From the NCBI GenBank assembly GCA_002269645.1, contig NIVC01000029.1, positions 124,001 through 188,000 of the forward strand: a DNA stretch of 64,000 nucleotides, in the 5' to 3' direction. Under the pieces are notes generated by a model. The model did not search any database, was not told the origin of the DNA, and worked only from the letters and a program-made list of their open reading frames with translations. This DNA comes from Macrostomum lignano (Eukaryota). How positions within the stretch are numbered: the first letter of the stretch is position 1; every line of letters starts with the position of its first letter. Made by a program: the position numbers and the translations under genes. Below, piece after piece: positions 37,546 through 56,073 of this stretch.

Positions 37546-37981
37546 CTAAATTAGGCAGAAGATTTGACGGCATTTTTATTTTCTTTCTAAGATCAATATA
37601 ACAATAATTAATTTTCGTAAAGGCTAGTGAAAAAAAGATTATTTTTTAAATTCTTGTTGATATAGTGATGTAGTAATAATTGCTTATATTATGTATATTA
37701 CTCGTTAAATGCGTTATGAAAATTATATATCCATTTATTAGCAAAATATTTCTGTCTATTTGATCATTAAAAGTAGCCTAAATATCGTTTTCTGCCTCAA
37801 GTACGCTTATAGTGCCTCCTATTTTTAAAGTTTTGGTATGATTTGTCCGCCATTTTTACTAAAGTTACTATAAATAAGAGCGAAATAGACTGGTAGAAGC
37901 CCAACTTCTGTGGCCGCCTCTAGTAACAGGCTTTGCCTTTCGGCCGAATTGAACAGTTGTTCCAAAAATAGACCAGTTTAT

Positions 37982-38546
37982 GAGTTATTCCTTTGAAGGC
38001 GCCCGCCTTTCCCCTTCCCCGAGAGGTCTTGTTCAGCTATAAGCGTACAGCCCTTTCTCCCTCTCCCCCCCAGAGAACGTACAGTCTCTTACTGAGTAAT
38101 ATTTCTAACTCCCTTTTTTTTCTCTTATCAGTTGGACAGGCGTGAGGCCTCCCTTTCCCAGATCTCTGAGTAACCTGGCGATCTGCCAACTCCTTATCCA
38201 GACACACTGTCTGCTTAGGCGTCCTGCCCTTAGCTAATTCCCTATTAAGGCATATCCTTCCCATGTCAGCATTCCCTATTAGCTATTAAATTCCCTTTTG
38301 TGCGCCCCGTTTCCCAGGCAACTCCGATCCATCGCGTAGCCCTCCCTCGGACTAGTTAAGTTTAATTTAGACAGTGTCTTGCCGCTCGGACACTCACGCC
38401 ACCAGGAGCAACCATTGGCTTACTCCTATTAGTAATAAAACTAGCATATCTTTCAGAAATCCCAAGAATCCCATAACTCCCCCCCCAATAGATTTGGTGT
38501 CAGAATAGGAAAACTTCCCTTCCCCAAGACCCCTGTAACATTATTA
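37982..38546. mobile_element. LTR-like insertion
   Basis: Ends TGTAACA on the right, with TTAT on both flanks. Contains AATAAA (~38434) and a PBS-like TGGTGTCAGAA (~38495). Boundaries are ambiguous. Confidence 0.35.
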
Positions 38547-38729
38547 CCAGCTGTTTGTCAGCGCCAGCCAAGAATAAAGAGAGAGAGCCTGAATAAATGA
38601 TATAAATGAAAGTTAATAAATTATTGAGCAATGGAAATTTATAATTTTTCATTAAGGATAATAAAGATTAGACATTCTGTCTGTGTAAATATTTTCATAT
38701 AACTATATCCCATAGAATAAGAACTAGGT

Positions 38730-39082
38730 ATAAGATATTCTATGGGTTTGAGGTCGGTATGTGATTAAATCCCGAGAGCCGAAGGCTCTCGGGATTTAAG
38801 TGAAATAGCTACCGACCGAAAAACCCATAGAATATCTTATTTAAACTACTTTAATTTTGCGGGATGTATTCAGATAAATCCCGGAGCCATACTTGTATGT
38901 CTATGGTTGAAGTTGGGGATGGGGGTGTGGGGGCGAAGCCCCCACATTCTTACCATAGACAAATTTTCATTAAGAAATTTCTCGAGTCACGAAGGAAGAG
39001 AAGAGATAAGCTCGCTTATTTAGATACATACAATAATCCTTGCAATATGTCCGGGAAAGTGATCGATTAAATCCCGCAAAAT
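38730..39082. mobile_element. Multi-hairpin non-autonomous element
   Basis: Perfect 20-bp arms 38730-38749/38821-38840; 16-bp stem 38765-38799 with GAA loop; second GAA-loop stem 38926-38946; 12-bp inverted pair 38854-38865/39071-39082. Confidence 0.6.
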
Positions 39083-39273
39083 AAAATCTATGTCAATAAC
39101 CTCCCTGAAAGTGAGCTTTAAAGTGGTTTAACTATACATAAATATCCCTCGCTTGTCGATTGCAATCTAGCTAGGTCACAATAATAAGGGAAGAAATTGC
39201 TGACTTTCAGTGATAAGAAGTCAGAAGCACACAAAATAATTGTTTTTAAACTTTAAGGAACAGCAATACTCAC

Positions 39274-40680
39274 TTTCGTTTCGATAAACACTCGAAGGCT
39301 TGTACATGTTACATTATGTAGCAGCTCGAGAGTCCTGTGTTCTCGACAGATACCATCGAAGCTGCCATACTTGAACTTAGTTAATGAAAGGACTGGCAGC
39401 GTCCTCGGCAGATGGATTTTGCCTTTCGCGCCGTTGAAGCAGGCGTAGGAGCAGGCTGCGGCACTCGTGCATCATTTACTTTAGCAGCGCCAAAATACTG
39501 CATTGTCTTGTGCTTGGCCACCTAAATTGAAGTAGGAAATATAGCTATATTGCACAGCTTTAGAGAAATCGTAAAAAATTCATTTTTGGCTTAACAAAAT
39601 TGTCCCTAACCGAACTAGTAGAATTATTTTATAATGCTAACCATTCTCCAATCTAAACATGAGCACACTATATATACTGCTCTATACTGCTGAGTATGCA
39701 GTGCATTACAGTATAAGTTTATTTGAAATTGACCCTTCTGGAAATTGTGACTGTCCTAATTTTATGCGGGTGGATTAATGGAACATGTAATGTAAGATTT
39801 TGTATACTTCTAGTATACATTTTGACAATTTAATTCTTTTAAACTGCAACATACTTTATCCCCGAAGAGAGCCTAATTTAGAATATGCCATAGACAGTAG
39901 CGTTTGCGCTAAATGCTTCATCCCAGTTTGCAAAAAATTTCGTTCTCAGTTCAATACAATAACGACTTTAGTTAATAGAAAACTATAGTTTCAGTATTAG
40001 AAGATTAACTATCTAGGGGACGAAATGTTTTGTAGTTTGGACAAATTCAAGTACAAAAAGGAATAGCTACTTTAAAGCCACTTTTACTCTAGGCATTACT
40101 TAGTGCATAGTAAATTAATTCATAGGAGACTCACCCATAGTTCATTTTCGGCCCATTGCCGCACCTCCTGCAATGTAAAATTGCAGGCTACGTCCTGTCG
40201 ATTGGCGTTTCCCTGGCCGAAACAAATCACCATTCCGACAGCGAGCATTTCCCTTGTCGCATAGGCCTTTGGCCTGGTCTTCTTCGGCTTCAGCTTCGGC
40301 CAGCAGCTGCCTTTTAAAAGCCATGAGCGCCGAAACCTGCTCATCGCTTATAAGTCGCGCATGCTTTTTGTCCTGCAATTTTAATGCCATTTTAGACTGT
40401 GTTTTTTAGATTTAGATGTTCAAGTGGAGCAATCCAATGAAAAAACATAAAACAGGACAAGAATTTCTCACCTTCAAAGCAGAATAGTAGAACTGCTTTC
40501 GCTTGTTGTAGTATTTTGTCCATTTTGGGCAAATTGCCCGAAAACTCTCTAAATGGACCCGCAGTCCCATTGCGTCGATGGCGCTGAGCTTATTGATCGC
40601 CAGGTAATCAGCTACCTTTTGAAGGGTTCCGACTGTCTCCTTCAATACTCCAAATGACAAGTAGTCAAGTGCTCCGGAAT
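39274..40680 (-). pseudogene. Intron-containing tyrosine-recombinase-like gene, frameshifted; exons 40680-40472, 40396-40135, 39521-39274
   Basis: GT-AG joins give ...GNANRQDVACNFTLQEVRQW...|VAKHKTMQYFGAAKV...SPFIN...VTCTSLRVFIET. These resemble the first catalytic Arg box, the Lys (HKT) box and the HxxR-equivalent box. The catalytic Tyr box was not found. Confidence 0.55.
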
Positions 40681-41164
40681 CTGTGGGGTTTAAAAGTCAA
40701 AAATACACATTGTTAAGTGACATTATACGTTAATATTTTTTGCATGCTGTTCCTATCATATTAAAATAAACTGCAATAAAATCACTATTAAAAAAACAAA
40801 TAGAAGTTGTACTACTTGGTTTATCTAGCAGCGGTCTAGTTTATCGAGCATTTTAATGCAAAATAATTTTCAAGTCATTTCTCTAATAATGGTATTAAAA
40901 AGGCAACAGAATATTTTTTGATGAATTCAACTGATAAAATTAGAAAAATCCTACTAGCCAAAAATTGAAAAGAAAAATTAAGCAATTTTTTACTTTCGTA
41001 ATAATTTTTGGTTTTACTGAAGTAGGAAATTTTGCAAGAATTTAGAAATTTCTACAAAGAAGTTTCATAGTAACAATAGAGCTTTACAGCTATGACTATG
41101 GAGAAATCAGTAATTTAGCAAGAGTTTTGGAATAGCTCTAGGGTGAAAGCTTCTTTTTAACTTT

Positions 41165-44100
41165 TTAACTGAAGGGCGGGCAGGTCAGGGCGGACTAGGT
41201 CGAGCAACGATTTCAGCCTCCTCCCCATCAGCAACTCGCAAGGAGCCCTCCCGGTAGTCGCATGCGGCGTGACTCGGTACGTCAGGAGGAACCGGGAGAC
41301 TCGCTCTTCCAGGGAGCCGCTTCGCTGCTTGGCCAGCAAACGCTTCAGAGTCTGAACTGTTCGCTCAGCTTGGCCGTTGGATGCCGGGTGGTACGACGCC
41401 GTGCGCACGTGCCGGATGCTGTTCTTGCTCAGGAATGATCCATGCACCAGGCTTGCACCAGGTTCGGACCGTTGTCGGAGACGATCAAGTCCGGCAGACT
41501 GTGAGTTGCGAAATTCGACCGCAGTTTCTCGATAGTCGCAGTCGACGACGTCGAAGGCATCACATGCACGTCCATCCACTTGGAGTGGGCGTCCACGACA
41601 ACGAGCAACATCCGGCCCTGGACCGGCCCGGCGTAGTCAATGTGCAGGTGTGCAGGCGCGACCAGCTGAGCACCCAAGACGGCTGTCTGCTCTGGGGCTG
41701 CCGAGTTGTAGTTTCCTGAGGCCGGTCCTGAGGCCGGTCGGGAGGCGCTGCTGCACTGCCTGCACCAGGGGCACCAGGGCGCCACGAGAATAAAGGCGCT
41801 GGCTCGAAGCGTTTTCTGGTGGCCCAAGCTGGACGAGGCAATCGAGCGGCTGGTCGCCACGTGCAGTACGGCTGCAGCTCAGGCGACGGCCGTTCCGGCC
41901 AGCAGCCAGTTTCGATGAACCGCAGAACTCGGGACAAGTCCGGGTCTGTCCGAGTCCACGTCCGGATGTGCCGAGCCGTCACCGGTCCCTCTTCCAGAAA
42001 GTCCATGAGTAGGACGACTTCAGCTGGAGTTGGCGCTTCCTTCGGCTTCTCCGGCAGCGGCAGCCGACTCAGCGCATCGGCTCGGAGCAGCGACTTGCCC
42101 GCTCGGTGGACCATGGAGTAATGGTAGCCGGCCAGGAGCAGCGCCCACCGCTGGATTCTGCCAGAAGCCAGTGCTGGTATCGGCTTCGACTCGTGCAGTA
42201 GCTGTGAGTATCGGGTCTCTGCTTCATGTAGCGTGCGAGAGGCGAAGGCGATCGATCTGTCGACAGCTCCGTTGAACCGGTGGCTGATGACAGCGCCGAT
42301 GCCGTAAGGCGAGGCGTCGCACTCGAGCACCAACGGCTTCTGACGGTCGAAGTGCGCGAGCACCGGTGCTTGGCTGAGTGTAGCGACTTGCATCTGCGAA
42401 ACGCTTCGTCCTGGACAACTTCCCATCGCAAGGGGCGACCTTGTTCTGCAGCTGGTTTAGCGGCGCCAGTTCAGTTGACAGATTGGGCATGAACTTGCTA
42501 CAATAATTTACCAGCCCGAGAAAGCTGCGCCGCTGCGTCTGGTCGCGGGCGGTGGCGCATTCTGGATCGCCCAAACCTTGTCCTGGAGAGGGTGCAGCCC
42601 TTCGGCGTCGATTCGGTGCCCGAGGTAGCTGATGCATAAAACTGCACATGCTCAGGCCGCACCGGAGGCCGCTCTGCTGCTGTCGCGACTTTCCTAGTCA
42701 TTTCTTAGTTCACATTATTTACTTGTCTCTGTTTACTCTGTTTTCTCTCGCTCTCTTCTCTCTCTCTGTTTAGCTCAATCTTGTTATTCTTATCTGTCTC
42801 CCTCGCCGCCTTCTGATTGGCTCTCCAGTCTCGCCTCTCTCTTCAGTCGCGCACTCCACCCCCCTCTCTTTATTATCTGCAATTCAACCCCCTAAGTTAA
42901 TGTCTGGTATAAATATATCGGTTTGGGCCCTGCGCCCACTTACTCCTCCAATTTAACTCCAATTAAATAGTCTTTAGTTTCGTTTTAGTTTTCTCTACAG
43001 CTGCAGTCGCCGAAGGACCTGCTCCAGCGTCTTCAGGTGGCTGTCATCATCCACACCGGTAACCAGCAGGTCGTCAACGAAGCTGGTGACGTGACGTGGG
43101 GAATGCCCTGCAGGAGGCAGTCCATCTGGCGCTGGAAAATGCCGACAGCGGGAGCGACTTCGAACGGCAGTCTCGTGTACTGCAGCAGCCCCTTGCTCGT
43201 GCTGATGGTGCAGAGTTCTTGCGAGGCCTCGTCCAGAGGCAGCTGCGAGTACGCTTGCGACAAGTCAAGCGTGGTAAATTTCTTTCCGCCAGCCAGTTTC
43301 GCGAAGAGCTCCTTGATCCTCCACACCGGGTACGTGTCAGGCTGGACGTTGATGTTCACCGTTTGTTTGAAATCGGCACATATGCGGACTGAGCCATCTG
43401 TCTTTAAAATGGGTACGATCGGAGACGCATAGTCCGAGCTGCTCACTGGCTTCAGCACTCCCTATTCGATCTCTTTTTCGAGTTGCGCCTCGACCTTGTC
43501 CTTTAGAGCAAGCGGGACGTTTCTGGCCTTGAAGAACCTCGGCCGCGCCGAGGGCCCCGTGTACCGACCAAGGCCCGGTTCGAAGACTTCGGCGTACTTG
43601 TCCAGCAGGCTCTTGAGTCCTGGTTGCCCTGACGGATGCTGTTGCACCTGCCTAATGTCTCGCCAGTCCAGCGGAAGTTCGGCCAGCCAGTCGCGGCCAA
43701 CCAGATTCGAGCCGGCAACGTCGATCACGAGCAGCGGCAGCACCTTGCTGGCGACCTCGGTCTGCGCGCGAACTCGAAGTTGGCCGAGTACGGGTACCAG
43801 CTCTCCGGAGTACGTTCGCAGCTGCGTGTTGATTCGCTCGAGTCTGGGACATCCTCGCAGTACTTCGTTATAGGTCTTCGCAGAGATGAGTGACACAGAC
43901 GCCCCAGTATAGACCTCCATGCAGACTGGCGTGCCGTCGATGTCGATGGTGGTCTTGGTTGGTGGAATCTTGTTGCCTACGGCGGTGGCCATCACGTGCA
44001 GCAAAAAAGCCTCCTCATCTGCCTCCTCCGACTGCAGCTCTTGGACGATCAAGTCGACGTGATGATTCAAAGCTCGCTGAGGCCCAGCCGATCTCTCGTC

Positions 44101-44840
44101 CCGTTGAGCAGGCGGCGCTGCCTTGCACGCAGCAGCAATGTGTCCGGTTTTCGAGCATGCGTAACACCTACTATTGATGAACGGGCACTTGGCAGCCAGG
44201 TGGCGCTGGGACAGTCATCGATAGAAACGCTTCGCTGGCGACCCACTGGCCGCCTCTCGCCGGGCAGAATGGTGAAGAACGTGCACCGTGTCGTCAGAGC
44301 CGGCGCCTTTAGCCACCAGCAGGTTGCCTTGAGCGACTGACTCGTGCGCCTGTGCCAGCGACACCGCCGTGTCCAGCGAGAGCTCCTTCTCTGTGAAGAG
44401 CCTCCGCTGATGGAATCATCACTGATCCCCAGGACTAACCGGTCGCTGAGCATGCTGCTGAGGCCATAACGCCAAAATTGCAGTCCCGATCTAGCTTGCG
44501 CAGCTCAGCCAAGAACTCTGCCACCGACTCGCCTGCCTGACGGCTTCTGCTGTAGAACCTGAATCGCCGTACAATCTCTGGTGGGGTTGGAGGATCAAAA
44601 TGCTCTTTCAGCTTAGCACAGATGGCGTCGTAGGTCGTGTCCTTCGGCAGTCCCGGTGACAGCAGGTTTGATAAGCTAGGTGTTCCTGCCACAGATGCTC
44701 AGCAGCACGGCTCGTCTCTTTTCATTGCTGATTTAATTTGCAGCGAAAAACTGCTCTAAACGCTCCTGGTATTTGCTGCCAGGTCTCCGTGCTCTCTTCA
44801 AAGGGTCCTATTGAGCCTATAAGACTCTTCGTCGCCACTT
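41165..44840 (-). mobile_element. Degenerate Ty3/Gypsy LTR retrotransposon (gag-PR-RT-RNaseH-IN), 3' truncated
   Basis: Gag RFRFYSRSRQAGESVAEF; protease MEV(Y)TGAS; RT ASPIVPILKTDGSVRICADFK and LDLSQAY; RNase H LECDASPYGIGAV; integrase HIDYAGP, SDNGP, YHPASNGQAER. PBS-like TGGCGACGA at 44837-44829. Multiple frameshifts. Confidence 0.95.
42681..42999 (+). mobile_element. Solo LTR (319 bp) nested in the Gypsy RT region
   Basis: TGT...ACA termini; 5-bp TSD GCTGC at 42676-42680 and 43000-43004. CCAAT-like (GATTGG), TATAAA and ATTAAA signals lie in plus order. Confidence 0.88.
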
Positions 44841-45350
44841 TAACAGAGTCAACTATTTAGTGGGGGGGGGCGAGCAAACTCACGAGGGCTCAAAGGCCAA
44901 AATTAGTCGATATATAGTCACGCACAAAGTACGCGCGTACATTTCGATCAATAAAGACATAAGCAAATATGAGCGTGCCCCAACCCACAGCGAAGGCCAA
45001 CCCCAAAACCGCCAAAACAAACTCACAACATCAAGTCATCACAGTTATTATTCATATTCAGCTGCTATTTATTTCTAATCAATGGTAGTGGTGCAGTGTA
45101 ATCGCAGTAACTGTTCGTCGGTCTGGGTTAAGAAGGTCGTTATATTTTTTGCGTTCTTAGATCGCTATCATGTCATCGCACAAATTTGATTTCGGACACG
45201 ATGTGTCGTTTTTGAGATGAAAAAAGTTAAGTACCTTGTTCTTACGGATTGCCGTCGTGTGCACTGTGTTGTTACTAGATTGCTGTTTTAAAAACATTTC
45301 CCTGCATCTTGATACACCCAATTGTTTCCTAATTTACTTAAAAAATAATA

Positions 45351-53093
<7,743 letters not shown>

Positions 53094-53489
53094 ACCAATT
53101 GGCTAAGCGTGGAGTTGACAATTCTACTTGATTCCATATTGCTTGTGTTGAATTCAATAACATTTCATTATCAATTAATTTATTTAGAAATTACTAATCT
53201 TAAAACTTGACCAATGAGTAGTACTCAACGAAATACAAAAATTTACAATTTGTCCAATCTGATTAGTGGCTCTTCAAGGACATATTAACATGGATCACTC
53301 AGATTTTGTTTGTGTCGTGTTTTCCGATTCCGATTTACATATTACTCGTACTTCCTGCCCTGCCCCAACAATCACACCAAACAGCACCATTATCGCACCA
53401 ACTTGCTCCAACAATCACGCCAATCTGCCCCAACAATCACACCAAACAGCACCATTATTCGCACCAACTTGCTCCAGCAATCACACTAA

Positions 53490-55150
53490 TCTGCTGAAGA
53501 GAATCAGACTAATCTGCACAAGAGAATCAGACCAATCTGCTCAAGAGAATCAGACTAATCTGCACAAGAGAATCACACCAATCTGCTGAAAAGAATCAGA
53601 CCAATCTGCTCAAGAGAATCAGACCAATCTGCTCAAGAGAATCACACCAATCTGCTCAAGAGAATCACACCAATCTGCTCAAGAGAATCAGACCAATCTG
53701 CTCAAGAGAATCAGACCAATCTGCTCAAGAGAATCAGACCAATCTGCTCAAGAGAATCACACCAATCTGCTCAAGAGAATCAGACCAATCTGCTCAAGAG
53801 AATCAGACCAATCTGCTCTAGAGAATCACACCAATCTGCTCTAGAGAATCACACCAATCTGCTCTAGAGAATCACACCAATCTGCTGTAGAGAATCACAC
53901 CAATCTGCTGTAGAGAATCACACCAATCTGCTCTAGAGAATCACACCAATCTGCTCAAGAGAATCACACCAATCTGCTCAAGAGAATCACACCAATCTGC
54001 TCAAGAGAATCACACCAATCTGCTCAAGAGAATCAGACCAATCTGCTCAAGAGAATCACACCAATCTGCTGTAGAGAATCACACCAATCTGCTCTAGAGA
54101 ATCACACCAATCTGCTGTAGAGAATCACACCAATCTGCTGTAGAGAATCACACCAATCTGCTCTAGAGAATCACACCAATCTGCTCAAGAGAATCACACC
54201 AATCTGCTGTAGAGAATCACACCAATCTGCTCAAGAGAATCACACCAATCTGCTGTAGAGAATCACACCAATCTGCTGTAGAGAATCACACCAATCTGTT
54301 GTAGAGAATCACACCAATCTGCTGTAGAGAATCACACCAATCTGCTCAAGAGAATCAGACCAATCTGCTCAAGAGAATCACACCAATCTGCTCAAGAGAA
54401 TCACACCAATCTGCTGTAGAGAATCACACCAATCTGCTCAAGAGAATCACACCAATCTGCTCAAGAGAATCACACCAATCTGCTGTAGAGAATCACACCA
54501 ATCTGCTGTAGAGAATCACACCAATCTGCTCTAGAGAATCACACCAATCTGCTCTAGAGAATCACACCAATCTGCTGTAGAGAATCACACCAATCTGCTG
54601 TAGAGAATCACACCAATCTGCTCTAGAGAATCACACCAATCTGCTCAAGAGAATCAGACCAATCTGCTCAAGAGAATCAGACCAATCTGCTCAAGAGAAT
54701 CACACCAATCTGCTCAAGAGAATCAGACCAATCTGCTCAAGAGAATTACACCAATCTGCTCAAGAGAATCACACCAATCTGCTCAAGAGAATCACACCAA
54801 TCTGCTCAAGAGAATCAGACCAATCTGCTCAAGAGAATCAGACCAATCTGCTCAAGAGAATCAGACCAATCTGCTCTAGAGAATCACACCAATCTGCTCT
54901 AGAGAATCACACCAATCTGCTGTAGAGAATCACACCAATCTGCTGTAGAGAATCACACCAATCTGCTCAAGAGAATCACACCAATCTGCTCAAGAGAATC
55001 ACACCAATCTGCTCAAGAGAATCACACCAATCTGCTCTAGAGAATTACACCAATCTGCTCAAGAGAATCACACCAATCTGCTCAAGAGAATTACACCAAT
55101 CTGCTCAAGAGAATCACACCAATCTGCTCAAGAGAATTACACCAATCTGC
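53490..55150. repeat. 23-bp satellite array, ~70 copies
   Basis: Unit AATCA(C/G)ACCAATCTGCT(CA/CT/GT)AGAG. Confidence 0.98.
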
Positions 55151-56073
55151 TCAAAGTAGAAATAAGGAAGTTTATGCGTCATAAAAATTCGTTTTCCTTA
55201 GATGTTAAAATTAATTGAGGCAAAGCAGTGCCGTGAAATTAATAACCACAGTAACATATATATTTTTAAAACAGGTGGATATAATTTTGCGTGGCGGATC
55301 ACATTTTTAGAGGTGAAAATTTTCCTAAAACTCGAACAAAACAGAGCTGCAGGCTTAGAAGCTTAGATGTAATAAATAAAATCAAATTTGGTGCCAGAAA
55401 TTATTATTCTTTGTTATACTGCACTGCGCAATCAGTTTTTGACAAATAAACAAAAAACCCGGCGGAGATTAAAACAAAAACGGGGAGACCACACGGGGCA
55501 AGCAATCGAATTAATTAGATTTGCAACTTAAAAAAACATTAAAGATTTATCTTCGAAAAATCGAAGAAGCACTGAATAAGGATAAATATTGATTAATTTA
55601 TTAATTTGGTTGGGTTTGCTAATATATAATATAGAGCAAAAAATTCAAACATTTGAATAGTGAAAGGTGATAATAAACAAAAAAATAAATATAAAGCAGG
55701 GTACTGCTTATATATGCTCTAGCTAAAACTGAGACAACACTGGGACCGCAGTTGGAGTTCCTCAACAAACGCCAACAATCGGGGGAGCGGGTGGGCTGGC
55801 GGCGACCAGCAAAAAATGAATATATATATAGATAAAGTGGGCTACGTTAAAGCGAAACTTTTCGCGCCAATTCAAATCTTCCAGCTTGGAGAAAAAATAA
55901 AAACCACACAGAATCGTTTTTGTATTTAATTAGAAAAAATTACGTTCGAGCTGAGCGCGTTGTTGCATTTAAGTAGCATAGCAAGGATTTTTAATTCTAA
56001 TTTTGCTTTTATTCTTTAAAAATTGTTTGTTTTCCTTTATGTTATCAAAGCTATGCCACTTAAATACTTGAAC

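Noticed and set aside
44860-45078. 5' LTR of the Gypsy element
   Set aside because: No CA end before the PBS, AATAAA is on the wrong strand, and there is no 3' LTR to compare; left uncalled.
53490-55150. CRISPR-like appearance of the 23-bp array (also 33045-33378)
   Set aside because: Head-to-tail repeats with no unique spacers, no cas genes, and a eukaryotic context.
55859-55876. E2F site (TTTTCGCGC) next to a CHR-like TTCAAA
   Set aside because: It lies between two converging 3' ends with no gene start nearby, and the arrangement does not fit CDE/CHR.
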